Positions 1 to 12,951 of a stretch of 64,000 nucleotides of DNA are shown here, piece by piece. Each line of letters starts with the position of its first letter. Position 1 is the stretch's first letter. Origin of the DNA: Schizochytrium sp. TIO01 (taxonomy: Eukaryota; Protista; Bigyra: Labyrinthulomycetes); contig SMSO01000007.1 in NCBI GenBank assembly GCA_004764695.1, forward strand, positions 1,557,270-1,621,269. The letters are read 5' to 3'. A model generated the notes under the pieces. It did not search any database. It worked only from the letters and a program-made list of their open reading frames with translations, and was not told the origin of the DNA. Both the position numbers and the translations under genes were made by a program.

Positions 1-1000
1 GGGAGTTGTTAATTTAAAATAAATAAAAAACACAATAGAGTCACATTGGTACTTGAGATGGACACTAATGCCTTCATCTGAAATAAATAAGAAAAATGGA
101 GGTGCCTGCTACTGAGGTAGAAATATTATCACCTGTTATATGTCAGTAAAAGAATAAGGTCTACCTAGCACTGATATAAATCACTCGATTTAAATTTAGT
201 CCTGATGCTTCTAGATTGAAGTTTGGAAAACAAATTTACAGCGTTTCAACGCCGCAAGAGTTACACATGCATGATTCCATTGTGGTCGCACCGAGTGCCA
301 TCTCGTATAAAGCTGCTGGCAAGGTAGTGGATTTAAAGTAGGGCATTCCTTCTCTTTGCTGTAGCGAGATAAAAAAATAGCAGAATCCTGCTACATATTC
401 AGAAGAATACTTCAATTTTATTTTGCAAACTATGAGCTTGTTTGATTATGTTTATATAAACTGCAACTTGAAGATTGTAAATAAATAATAATAATACTTC
501 CTAACTATAACACATGGGTAGAAGACTCGAGGTAAAAGTTAAATATTAAAAATGAATTTAATGTAAAATGTTTTTTTAATGTTTAAATATAAATTAAAGT
601 CTAAAATATTATAAAGAGTAAAATGCCATACAAAATACCATACCATACAAACAATAGGTACATCTCTAGCTAGGTATCGCACCTAACTAATCCGTTAACG
701 ATATCGAGAAAAGTATGATGAACCTTTGACTTGTAGTAGGGAGGAAGTACAGGAACCACTACGGCAAAGTGATACAGTCTGTACAGCGTTTGCTCACATG
801 AAATGGGAAACTTGAGCTTCGCAAATACCTTTTATAAAGAGTGGACTTATGGAGTGACCGATCAACATACTTGAGCAGCGTGTATGTGGTCAGGGTCGAC
901 GCATAACAGCAGCACCCACGACGTAAGAGTAATTAGCACGATAGTCTTCGTGGTGACAGTGACGTCCAGAGAGCGAACTTTGTAGAGCTGGACAGCTCTC

Positions 1001-1042
1001 ATGACATGGACCTACAACAGCAAGAGCAGCAGCAGCAGCAGC

Positions 1043-1101
<59 letters not shown>

Positions 1102-3008
1102 ACAACAACGTCCAGGTTAATATATCTCTAAAAGAACCACTGAAGACGTCACTTATTTTGAGTTTAGAACTATGTAGTCTCGGGGCATGCACTATTGTTG
1201 GCTTGATCTTTGTTCTATGGGTTCGCTATGCGCCTCTACAAAATGAAATTGACATTTCGAAAAATGCCACCATAATTCTGCGTAGACCGGAGCCGTACGG
1301 AAACATTATCTTGAACAATATTCTCTTGACTACGATGATTCCACTCAACATGATTTTCTTCTTCCCAATGTATGTATTTTTTGTGGTAAGAGTGAAGAAA
1401 ACCTGGATAGTCGTTTTATGCTGCGTTTTCAGTACATTGGTAGCTTTTTCCATAATGTGGCTGAGCGTGTATGCTATACCGCAATATAGGTTTATAATCT
1501 CCCAGGCACCTTACCTCGTTATACCTATCGTGCTTAGGTTTGTTCTACCCAGCTCAGCTCAAGTCTGGCTTGTAAGTTTGATTCTCTGGATTTTTTTCAG
1601 TTTCGCACTGATTGGTGTTTATACAATAAGCAAACTGCCCTCGGATGAACCTGCTACACGGATTGCCGTATCTGTATTTGTTCTCCCAATAGCGAGAGAG
1701 CTTGCAAGCATACCCGTTCGAGTCATGGTCCGTGGACTCATTTGCACTGATTGGCTTGAGCATGAATTCCTACATATTCGAAAGGCCTATTGCATCTTAT
1801 TTCCTTTGGTTATAAACTCTCTCCTCTCTGGCTTAGCGAGGCTTATGGCTGCTAGCATCATGGACTGGGGATACAACGTTGCAACAATTCTTGCGAACCT
1901 AGTATTTGAAATCTTTATTCGTCTGACTATTGATAGCCGTGACAAGTTTCTGATGCGGATTTTATCACATTTTACCCCGTGTTTCAAAGGGGTTGTCAAA
2001 AGTAGTGCAGCTATTATGCCACAAGCTCTTCGAAATTCCATATCTTCCCATGGCAGTGGTAAAGTTACTATGCGAGCAAGTGATGCTGAAGCTACCTCTC
2101 TTTTGATTCTTGCTGAGATGATTGGTGAGTACATGGGTATTTTTACTTCAACATTACTTGTGCCTATATTTTTATCAAATACTGTCTTGAACCCATTCCA
2201 GGCCTATCAAAGTATGGACAATCCATTTGATCGAGCAACCTTTGATTATGCTCACCATATCGGCCTTTTTGTTGCGATGCTTCTCGGAGAACTTCTTACA
2301 GACTTTCTTTGCATTACTTACGAAATCACTGAGCGTAAATTGCCTTTGTCCTCAGTGTTTAAAGCATACAGAAGAAAATCTGTTCTACTCGCGATTAGTC
2401 TTGCTTCGATTGTCAGCTGCACTGGGATGATATTGGGAACGTATGCTTCCGATGGTACGTCTGCAGCCTGCTCTGGAACCAATCTATGCTATTGTGTTGA
2501 TACTTCGTCAATGCGAGCGGGTTCAATTCGCGAGAAATACTGCAAATTTATCTATCCTGAGACGGAAGGGCACCCTCCAGGTATCCAAGCATTGTTTATC
2601 GAAGGCTACCATCCAAGTGGAGAGTGGACACTTGAAGAGATCGACTTTACATTGATAAAACCATTATATCCGCGTGCTTCCTTATCCTCCTTTATTCTGT
2701 CTGGGCAACTTGACACATTTTCTAGTGAGAATGTCCAAGACACTGTAGAAAGAGCTCGAAATTTCGTTAACGAGCAACTTACATTAAGGTTACAGCCTGC
2801 CACAGTGATATTTGCCTTAGCAAAGGGAGGATCCCGCTTACCAGCTGTTGTTGCAATAAATGGCTCATTATGTGATGACACTACTCCAGTCGTGGTACTC
2901 CAGGATCCAACCGTAGAGATTATGAGCGAAGCCATTGACATGATAATGGTCGGGCAAAACTTATCTGCAGTTTTGCCAGACGAACTGTGTCCTGCCTTTG
3001 AGATTTAA
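1001..3008 (+). CDS. Multi-pass membrane protein of unknown function; probable true start ATG 1001 (poly-S/poly-N N-terminus), separated from the main ORF by a 1-nt frameshift at ~1100
   Basis: The 616-codon ORF 1158-3008 has many hydrophobic segments but begins at TTG. Its frame is open back to 1005. ATG 1001 reads MTWTYNSKSSSSSS(N)19 and joins this frame if the extra A at 1100 is removed. Confidence 0.7.
1014..1109 (+). repeat. Compound (CAG)n/(CAA)n trinucleotide microsatellite
   Basis: Directly visible, with one extra A at ~1100 breaking the period. Confidence 0.95.
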
Positions 3009-4337
3009 TATGCCATTGTCTATTTAGTTGTTCTTTTCTTCTTCATATTTAAACCATCACTGTAACCTATCGATTCCCACGTTAGAAATGACTCAAATTA
3101 AGAGCCATTTATATTAAAAACGATTAGTAGTTCGTGTCGATTTTCATACTGACCCAGCATAGTTACTTTGCGAATAATACCTAGTCTATTAACTTTCGAG
3201 CGATCATCAACACCAACCCCCTAGTTTGGTTCAGGACCCAGGCACCTTCCACCACCAATCAAAAAGGACGGAGAATTATTTACAGAACGCAATCAATATC
3301 ATCTCGAACTGTCACTCACAAAGTTGCGATGCTTCGCATTTTATTTTTGTACTATTGCAAAGCTAGCGAAGCTTCAAACTTTTTCTCCAGAACTAAGCAT
3401 ATTCTCTTTACTTGGTTTTCATGTCGCTTCGTTGTAAATAGAACAAGCAATCTTCTCCTCGATCCTTACAATTCGATATTTGCTATTCTTTTCAAGCACG
3501 CTCTCCGCACGTGCCCACCAACTTGACGTTCCTGCTCATCAGCTGCTTCCACGATTGGGTAGGAACTATCTAGCTAGAAGTATCTAGGTATCCAGGTAGA
3601 CAATATAGGTAGATAACAGGAACCCTCAACAACCAAAACCAAAGAACCTCTTCGAGTGCTGCATCTTCTCAATACAATACAGCTGCTATAATCAGAGATC
3701 TTGATAACCAACAGCTTGGGCTATACTGGTGCTTAACGAGATCTTTACAGAAGATAACTTACCAAGATCTCAAGCTATCTCAGCAACACAGTTGAGTGCC
3801 CCATCTGGTAAGGCTACCATGGAACTATTAAGTGAAGGCGGCTGGTGAAGAACATTTGTTCAACTCATCTTGAAGTGGTACGTGGTAATTATAGTCGGTT
3901 GGTAGAGGTTATGTATTTATAGATAGTCGAAGAAAGAAAAAAGAGAGAAGTAAGAGAGAAAAATACAGAACATTTTGGCCAAGTCGAAAGATTTTTAACT
4001 GAGTACCTTTGACTGATGAGAGTGAAGAAAGAACGAACGAAGCGAGTTCTAAGTACCGTAGTACCAACCTACTACCTACTACTTAGTAGTATCTGGTGGA
4101 AAGGCCTAGTACCCAACACTATCAAGTCTCAAAACTCGTTCTTGACGGTCAAGAATCTTGTTCGAGGGCTTCTTCGTCGCGTAGCAGGCTGGCATTGCCT
4201 CTTCTCTGTGTCTCTGCCGATCTGACTACTTTAGCTCCGAGGCTCTTGCACCTCTGAACCACGAAGGTCTAGCCAGCTTGTCGCGCTCGAAGGCTGCTTT
4301 GCTCTCTTACTCTCACTCGCTCAAGGCTTTTGTCAGG

Positions 4338-5090
4338 ATGGACGACCTAGAGTCACAGGACCACAGCCGCACGGCGACCCTTTTGGGCGATACCGTCGAG
4401 GTCCGTACACGGCTGGAATATATTAAGGACCGCATCACAAAAGGGCCGGTGCCTCTCAAGGCTATATGTGCAGTGAGCTGCTGCGTTGCAATTGGCTTTG
4501 ATGCTTTTGCGCTCATTGCGGATTTCTTCACAATCCACCCCATGCAATTTCTCATGACCCTATACGCCGCCACCTTTGCCTTCCTCAGCCTCCTACTCGA
4601 GTTTAATCACATGTATTGTGGCCCACTCAAGTCCTGGATCAACGTTTGGCTGAAACTCTTGACCCGCGTCTGGGGCCGAGGCATCTTCTACGTTATCGCT
4701 GGTGGAATTCACCTCTCGCTCAAAGGATTCTTCGGCTACCTTTGTGGATCTGCATTGCTTGTCAGCGGCATTGCTTGCCTGATCGTCTCACGCGCAGCGT
4801 CGCGAAAGCTTACTGCATTGCACGACAGGGTTGTGCAGAGTCACACAGATGATCTCGTGTACGTTCGCCAGGTCTTCAATCGTTACGATAAGGATAACTC
4901 TGGTTCACTTTCGATCCCCGAGCTTGCTGCTTGCTGCAAGGAGCTCGGCACAGACTTTACAGCAAACGAACTTGTCGCAATTTTTGAGTTTATGGATAAA
5001 AACTTTACTGGTAGCCTCAACTATGATGAATTTGAGCATTGGTGGACTGGCGCCGAGAGCGTTGCATATGATCGTGTTCCCATGGTATGA
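4338..5090 (+). CDS. COPI-associated (Tvp15-like) membrane protein with C-terminal EF-hand pair
   Basis: First ATG at 4338 (MDDLES). About four TM helices with a 'LLTRVWGRGIFYVIAG' motif typical of COPI_assoc proteins. EF loops DKDNSGSLSIPE and DKNFTGSLNYDE. Confidence 0.8.
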   Translation: MDDLESQDHSRTATLLGDTVEVRTRLEYIKDRITKGPVPLKAICAVSCCVAIGFDAFALIADFFTIHPMQFLMTLYAATFAFLSLLLEFNHMYCGPLKSWINVWLKLLTRVWGRGIFYVIAGGIHLSLKGFFGYLCGSALLVSGIACLIVSRAASRKLTALHDRVVQSHTDDLVYVRQVFNRYDKDNSGSLSIPELAACCKELGTDFTANELVAIFEFMDKNFTGSLNYDEFEHWWTGAESVAYDRVPMV

Positions 5091-5998
5091 GCGGCTACTT
5101 TCCGCACTTCATTTTTCTTTTGATTAGTCCACGGGCGGTGTACAATCAATATAAACTAACATTTCTGCTGATTGAGTGATATCTCTCGTCCCCTTCCTTA
5201 GTTTCTCTAGCACTGCATGTACCAGAAACGATTGTTTTCAGCTTTCCAGCAACAGAATAGTAATAAATAGCAATTACAACTAGCTCTGATTCTATAAATA
5301 CTCTTGCGTCTAACTATATTATAGATATATGTGACTCGAGCCTTATCTGATGACCGCAACAGTGTAAAGACTGAATGCATCCGTTCTTGTATTCATAATA
5401 TAATTATCATTCTTTCGTTTTTCATTTGTGCTTTTGCATGTTGATTAATTTTACTTATTATCAAAATATTATGATTTGTTCCAGCAAATCTCACAAGTTT
5501 AGGCATGAAAGTAGAGTATCTCTTTTTATCTCTTTTCATTTTTTGGGGAGTTGATCGCTCTGAGATTTCGCACCGCCCTTCGTAAGCATCAGCGCTGGAT
5601 GCAAATACCTACCATGGGGTTTGAGCTACTCGATGATGGCAGATAAGAAACTTCTGGATCATGGTAATATTCAAAAGAAATACTATATCTGTTTTTCTGT
5701 TTCTCTATTTTGAAATAATGATTTCTTCAAAGTTTAACTTCCCATGCTATAGATGCATGGAAAGTGAAATACTTGACCAAGACGTGAAATTCACGGACGT
5801 AGTTTAATAAGAGACGTTGTCGTTTCATTTATGAGGGGGGACAGGGCCTGTACATTTATGCTCATTAGCAGGACTTCTAAAATGAAAGGAAGCAAACAAA
5901 TAGATAATGGCACAGGTAATATCAGGCGATAATGATGAGATGATCACCACATAGCGATACAAAGCAAGGGGAGTGCCCATCACACCAAATCCTTACGC

Positions 5999-6979
5999 TC
6001 AGGGTTTGGAGTTATTGTTAATGCTTTCATTGTTGACGTTATTACCACTGGACGTCGTACCACCACATGGTGCATGTGGACTGATGGTAATAGTGGTACT
6101 TGTGGGTGCTGGGGGAGACGAGCTTGCTCGGTTCCTAGTTGTTGCTGAAGGGGAGACCTTGTCACCTGGTTTATGCTGCAGTGAAATAGGAGGTGGAGAG
6201 ACGACATTCAAGGTTGATTTACAAGAGTCACCGTCGGCAGAGCGAGGACTCGCATTTTCAAATACAGATGCAGTTGCATCAGCAGAAGCCAAAGACTCAG
6301 CATCCCGACCTGGGGAGAGGGATGTGATTGTCTTAAGTGGCTTGGTGGCAGGGGAGGAAGGTGCTGGTCCTGTTCTTGACATCTTCCTACGATCGGGTAT
6401 GAAAACTCTTTGAGCAACCTGTTGAAGAACTTTTTGTTCATCATCTGCGTAAGCGCAAAGAGAAATATCGTCCCCGCATGAGGCTGAATCGTCAATCGCT
6501 TTGCAAGATAACTCCAGGATCTCTTCAAGTGAGCGAGCACCTCGGAAGACGCCAGCACTTATAAGGGCAAATGCAATTCGACGAAGTTCATTCTTATGAG
6601 CTAGCTCTAACGCCGAAACGTAGGCAGCACGAAGCTGGCGGTCCTCCTCATTATGGTCTTCATCTCGCGATGACGGGTAGCAGGGGCCAACGCTATGGAT
6701 AACATAGTCAACAGGAAGATCTCCAGATACAGTCATACGGCTTTCTCCGGTTGGTATTCGCACGCCAGGCTTAACAAATGGCAGATTGCACCGCGCATCA
6801 AGCAGATCACTTCCACCTGCATAATTTACAGCGCCGTCAATACCGCCGCCCCCAATACCACCCATATTTGCTGCATTTACGATGGCATCTCCATGGAAAT
6901 CGATAACGCTTCCAGCACAGACGCGGACCAAACCACCGTGCGAAGTTTTCCAACAGCTCAACTCCTTGAGTTCCACCAT
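5999..6979 (-). CDS. MacroD-type macrodomain protein (ADP-ribose/O-acetyl-ADP-ribose hydrolase family) with low-complexity C-terminal tail
   Basis: Motifs DAIVNAAN..GGGGIDGAV, VIHSVGP and IAFALISAGVF. First ATG at 6979 (MVELKE). Confidence 0.9.
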   Translation of the reverse strand: MVELKELSCWKTSHGGLVRVCAGSVIDFHGDAIVNAANMGGIGGGGIDGAVNYAGGSDLLDARCNLPFVKPGVRIPTGESRMTVSGDLPVDYVIHSVGPCYPSSRDEDHNEEDRQLRAAYVSALELAHKNELRRIAFALISAGVFRGARSLEEILELSCKAIDDSASCGDDISLCAYADDEQKVLQQVAQRVFIPDRRKMSRTGPAPSSPATKPLKTITSLSPGRDAESLASADATASVFENASPRSADGDSCKSTLNVVSPPPISLQHKPGDKVSPSATTRNRASSSPPAPTSTTITISPHAPCGGTTSSGNNVNNESINNNSKP

Positions 6980-9900
6980 GAATGCGATTTTTGTTCTCAA
7001 CTATGTATTATTTTGACAAATATATGAATATCAATCGCGCTCTCGACGTCGATAACCCTTGTCTGACAATAGATAGCCCTCTTCTAACTCTAACTTAATT
7101 TGGCCTCCACAAGCCGGGGTCAATAACTTTTGAGCGAATAATTTTAGCTCTGAAGATAGCAACGACGACAGCGAGCGCAGGCTCTCGTGGTGAGCAGATA
7201 GCTAGATGTGTTTCACGCTCCCGCGCGCAAAACACGCGGTGAATATCACCGAGAGCAGAGAGCTTACTTGCTAGCTTTGATTGGTTGCTTCAGAAACGGA
7301 GTGATTCTCTTATTGTGAGGAAGCGGAAGCCGCAGAAGAAGTAAAAGGAGCAGAGGTTCGCAGGCCCGTAAGTCGCCCGCAGATCTGCAGATGGAAACTT
7401 TGTATCGTAAGGGGATACCGCTCCGGGACGCCAACGCGTCTCGGCGCCACTTCTCGGCGGCCCCTCGTCCACGATCGGGCTTTGTCGCACTTGAGCCAGA
7501 CAGACTTGCCCTGAAAACAAAGCGGCAAATTCATCAATCAAACAATTGGAAAAAAAAGAAAAAAAGAAAAAAATTGATGAAAAAAGGTTTTAAGTTGGCC
7601 TATTTCTAATTCAAAGTTATTTACATTGAGCCTTTTTAAATCAAGAGAACAATATAAAACCTTAGCCCCGACATATGCAGAACCATAAGATTATTCCCAA
7701 GACTTCTTTTTTCCCACTTTACCATTAAAATAAATAAAATAAAATATATCAAGACTGAGACGAGCAAGACCAGACGAGCGAACCAGCGAAGCGAGTACTG
7801 CGGAAAGAAAGCGAAGATGAGTAACAAAACAAAAGTGCCTGGGAGAGCTTGACTTTCCTGCATCCAGCGTTTTGGGATTTTGATTGTCGCTGCAGCATTA
7901 AGGCTGCAAACCAAATGTTCTGATAAAATTGAACAATCGCTGTCCTTTTCTACATTTTCCCCTTCAATTAATTTATTTAATTGTTATTATTATTTATTTT
8001 TTAATCAACACTTATTTACAAAAACAAAGAATTAAAGTAAATAGAAACCAAACACCTTGAATGATAACCCCTTATCATAATGGCTTCGTTCAACTTCCCA
8101 CCGAAGGGTTTCATATGATATGCAAAAGGTCAACAGAAGCGCTCGAAAGGTTCCTTCCTGGTCATCTGTCAGTTTGACGACGTGCAAAGGTGCCTCGCGA
8201 GGATGGTTCTCATCATTGAGTAGGTCGACCACGTTTATCAGCCAAGCCGAAGCTGAGAGACTGAAGGTTTGGAAGGAGCAAGTGGACTGGTGGGTGCCAA
8301 GTGGAAGTTTCCGCGTATAACTCACTTTGTGAAACGTAAAGTCCACTGTAGAGCGCAGAGGGAAAGTAGAGAATGGCAGGCGCAAGTGCAGTCTTGCCAG
8401 GGCTGAGTGACTTGAGAGGCGCCAACTGAAGGCCGCGAATGGGTCGAAGAAGGGCAAGCACCGAAGGACATCTCGGATTGGACTCCCGTGAATGGGGCGA
8501 CGACCTGGATGGATATACTACCGCATGCACCCAAGAGTGGATGAATTGACTGGGTGGACATGTAGAAGTTTGAAGCGCTTTCAGGATCAAATTCTTAGGC
8601 ATTACAACAGGAGTGGATGAAGGAGCGAATCCAAGTGACCTTGATATTGATTTTACATGAGTGCGTGGTCTGGGATCTCTGCCAGAACGCGGAGAGTAAT
8701 GCTGGTGCTGGTGAACGACCTGTCCCTGGATTGAGGTGGAGATGTCGAGGCAGGTAATCTGCCCTTGAGAGAGACGAGTTTGCACAAACGAAAACCTGCA
8801 AATACGATAAAAGGATAAAAGTATAGCTTTACTATAAGGTTAGCAGTATCAAATCTGATTGAGGCCACAGGGATAAACGTTCCATGGACATCTGAGGTGG
8901 CACCACAGACAATTGAACTTTGCCTAAAGTTGCCCTGGAACATAGCAGCAACAACCTCTAGCTTGAATGAAAAAAACAAACAAAAAAACAAAAAACAATG
9001 TATAGCAAGCTTTTGTTCTTGTGCGCGAGCTTGTTCAAGCATCTCGGCAAGCACATTTTTAAAGTTCACAATTTCTTCCTCTGCTCAGGGCTTTAGCTGA
9101 TCAACTCTCATTGTTTACTTGTTTATGTGTTAGGAGCTTCCCTCTGTTGATTCACCATTCTCCATACCCACGGTAATTGGTTCATTACGGAGTGCTCTTC
9201 ACCAAATGTACTTACCTATAAATTTGCAACAACACCAAAGACACTACCTAAGCACAAGAAATCCAAGTATGTATACCTACCACATCCTACAACCTTTAAG
9301 GTACGTTTGGTTTAGTATCTCATGAACAGAATTGCTGACAAGTGAGGTTGTTGGCTGCAAATTCACCCGAATCTGTCTTTCCAAGAGGAGTAGGTTAGTG
9401 TTTTACTTCAAAGGGGAAGACCAGGAGTAATGAGGGGGAGCAGCGAAACATTTCGTACTAAAGTCCACAAAAAGAAGTCATATCTGATTGCTCCATTTGG
9501 TTACCGCTGGATTCTGGAGTCCTTCAACCTCGACTGTTGTTTTTATATAGGCCTATAGAACAAGGTTATGGATCTTGCTTTTTTCAAAATGGTAATTTGA
9601 TAGGCCTGGTAAAAGATTCTTATTCTTATTTTATATAGATTGCTTTTAAAATTGAAAAGAAAAAGTTACTCACCGTAATAGGGATAATTGTTTTAGTTTT
9701 AAAGCTTTGTGTAAAGTTTTTATATTGTTCCTATCCCTCTCAAGTTATTTCCTCGAAAAAAGTTAAACTAAAAAAAAGTTCGATGCTCGTCGAAAACTTA
9801 GGCCTCCTACTTATTTATTTGTTACTGCCGCTTCTGCAGCGCCATAACTGAAGTGCCGCTGCGAAGAGCAACACGATCGAGGATCATCAGACCGATTGCC

Positions 9901-11222
9901 TCTCCCTGGAGCGCCGCGAACAGACTCGGGGCGGTAGACAAGTGGTGCCGTGCCCCCAGCACGCATTCATAGTAATGCCAGCAGCCTCTGAATCAGAAAG
10001 TTTTCACGACGGTGTTAATTTGGTTATTCTTGCAAGTTGGCGTTTTTCCGGCGGGAATGGAAAGTCCGTGAAAACCAACCAAAAACAATGACAGCAGTCT
10101 CGAGCTTGAGAGGCGAAGAGTTGCAGTGAAGAAGACGAAGCGCTAACAACGAGAAATCCCACCGCGTTGGCATGGACCTGGTCTCGATGGTCTCCGCACT
10201 TGGATGTGTGGCGTGCGTGTAGCGAGCAGATCCCGGCTACCGACTCCGACCACAAACAAGCTTCTGCTTTTTCTTGACGGTAGCTTTATTTTGAGATGAG
10301 ATGAGTGAAAACTAGAGTAGGAGCAACAAAATAGTAACCAGAGGGAGGTCTTTCTTGCCGTGTTCTGTATGTACTGTGTTGTGTGAGGATGCAATTCATA
10401 GATTAGCTGATGGGATTTGCAAAATGTAAAGCATCACTTTTCAGGCGCAAATCTAAACATCGTGCGAGCAGCAAGCTTCGTGAAGCATGCCGAGAATCAC
10501 CTCAAGTAGTTCAAGATAACATGCTTCTGCCGTGATTACTCTTGCCACGCACTCCACAGCCTGTGCCAAAGACCCCAATATACTCAACATCCCCGGCATT
10601 CTCCTGTGCTTAGGCAGCCCACGAACGTGCATTAGTGCAGTCTACCGGGCCTCTCACCCAAAGAAAGAACCCCTGCACTAACAGCTTCAACGCCAGGATT
10701 TGTATTCGTGCAAGAAGCACCAATTCCACTAACAGTGAGCGAGTTCTGTATAGCAACTAGGTACTACCTCTGCGAAACGCCAATGCGTGGTACACACCGT
10801 CTTAGTAGGATTCCGTAAGCCGGCGATAGCGCAAGTAGAAGAAAGAGGAGTGCACTGGAGCCTGTGCTGGTGCGGGGCCTGGACTCCGACTTCTGCTTAA
10901 GAGCTGCCGGGAACTGGTCTGCTTGCACGTACGTCACGTTGCAAATGGACTGGCGGTGCAGGCTGGTACTATGAAAGCAGCAGACAGGCGGGTACATAAG
11001 TGAGGAACCCAGGCCTTTGCGAAGAACCCGGTGAAGAACTTGGACTAATGCTCTAGGAAGACTTGCCGGAACACAAGTGGCGGAGGTTAGCATCCCGCAG
11101 AACCTAAAGACGAGTGCTTGGAGTTTGAAAGTACTAAGGTTGATTGAACATTGTGGAGAAGCGGGTGAAGCTGCACGCTGCAAAACCTATTTCGTCTGTT
11201 GAGGAAGACTGGGAAAGGGTAA

Positions 11223-12398
11223 ATGGGCGCCTCGCGTCAAAGTATAAGTGTCATGCGGGCCATGGCGTGGCGACGCCCAGATGTAGCTGTACCCTCGAAA
11301 TTGAAACGCTATGCGTTATGGCCAAAACCATTCTCAACATCATCTATGCCAGTTTTATCACAGGCTTGGACACGGCGACTCGAGCCAAAGCCAACAACTC
11401 AAAGCGGCAATACTGCCTCGGCTTCAGTTTCAGCCATGGTGATCGCCGCGGCTGCAACCATTACAACGCTCTGGATGGTTTCTGAAACCCAAGTGAGGCT
11501 CTCTGTCTGCTCGCCTTCGCAGCAAATGGAGCCCATAACGCGAGGTACGCCTCACTTGCGCAGGTACCAAACGTTCTCCAAGGTTCTTGGCGTAGGTGCG
11601 CATGCCAAAGTTGTTCTAGGCAGGGATCTCGAGACCGGCCGCAAAGTTGCGGTTAAGTGTATTCGCCATCGCACTGGTGTAGATCATGCCAACGAGGTTG
11701 AGGTCATGCGCCGCATTGCTGCGAGTGGAGGCCACGACAATGTAGTAAGACTCCTTGACGTAGTTGAAGAACCTGCCCAAACACTGATTGTTACGGAACT
11801 TGTGCCAGGCGAGGAAATGTATTCCCGTCTGGCCCGCGAGGGTCCATTTCCTGAGTTTCTTGCGACAAAATTTGCAAGATCTCTTGCACAAGCTCTTTTC
11901 TTTTTGCATGAGCAAGTTGGCGTTGCTCATTGCGATCTCAAACCAGAGAATGTCCTCTTCAAAGATGTTGATGACTCTGGTGAGCTAAAAGTCTGTGACT
12001 TTGGAAGTGCGCACTTGCTTGCTATGCCCCAGCATGAGCACTCTGGCGGCACATATGTTTATTGGGCACCTGAAAACTTTGGGCAGGATCCACAAACTGT
12101 CAAGTCTGATTTGGCCTTTGGAAAGGAGGCTGACATGTTCGCATTTGGCTGTATTCTCTATATCTGCCTATATGGCGTCCACCCTTTTGATCCTTGGAAC
12201 GACGCAAGTGAGGTGGAAATTTGCCATCGCATTCAGAAAGGCGAGTGGAAGTTTGTGGATGAATTGTCTCCATACGTTTCTCCCTTAGCCAAAGATTTAG
12301 TTATTCGCCTTTTGGAGCCTGACCCAAAGAAGCGGATCACCGCTGCACAAGTTATGCAGCACCCATGGATCCATGGAATCGTTAATCCTATGAAATAG
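11223..12398 (+). CDS. Ser/Thr protein kinase, CAMK group, with N-terminal extension
   Basis: LGVGAHAKV glycine loop, VAVK, HCDLKPEN, DFG, YWAPE and KRITAAQVMQHPW. Confidence 0.92.
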   Translation: MGASRQSISVMRAMAWRRPDVAVPSKLKRYALWPKPFSTSSMPVLSQAWTRRLEPKPTTQSGNTASASVSAMVIAAAATITTLWMVSETQVRLSVCSPSQQMEPITRGTPHLRRYQTFSKVLGVGAHAKVVLGRDLETGRKVAVKCIRHRTGVDHANEVEVMRRIAASGGHDNVVRLLDVVEEPAQTLIVTELVPGEEMYSRLAREGPFPEFLATKFARSLAQALFFLHEQVGVAHCDLKPENVLFKDVDDSGELKVCDFGSAHLLAMPQHEHSGGTYVYWAPENFGQDPQTVKSDLAFGKEADMFAFGCILYICLYGVHPFDPWNDASEVEICHRIQKGEWKFVDELSPYVSPLAKDLVIRLLEPDPKKRITAAQVMQHPWIHGIVNPMK

Positions 12399-12951
12399 GA
12401 GAGCTAAAGGCAAATGAAGAGCTTGCCGTTCTCTTCAATTCAACCATTTGTATACTCAACAGGAATATGAACTATGATACTCTATCTCTTTATTTCAGTG
12501 ATATTGAAGATGTTTTTTGCTTTTCTCTGTTCTTCACCAACATTTTTTGCAATTGTACAAGCTTGTGACCATTTACCTTTCGAGACCATCGGCTACATAT
12601 TTTGTGTAAATTAAACTTTAGGACGCAATTCCTGAAGTAGATAGATCGTTCCCATCCTGACTCTCGATACGAGAGAACTATTAGTCAAGAAGTCTATCAT
12701 CGCAATCTTAAATTTTAAGTCCCCAAAGAGCGGCTTCCTTCGTCGAACTCAGCTCCCTACTTCCATTTATTTCCCCATGGAAATTTGTCGTTCAGCATCC
12801 CTCCCTACTCACGCATAGCTAGTAGCGTTAGGGGATTTGTCTTCAGAATTTAAGCCCAAATAGAAAGATAAAGCCATCTCTAAAATGTCTCTTGTTTAAC
12901 TCTTAAACAAACCTTTGTACAGCTTGCGTGCACTTCATCCTTCAAAATCCC

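Noticed and set aside
890-1192. Minus-strand poly-Val/Ala ORF
   Set aside because: Antisense reading of the CAA/CAG microsatellite.
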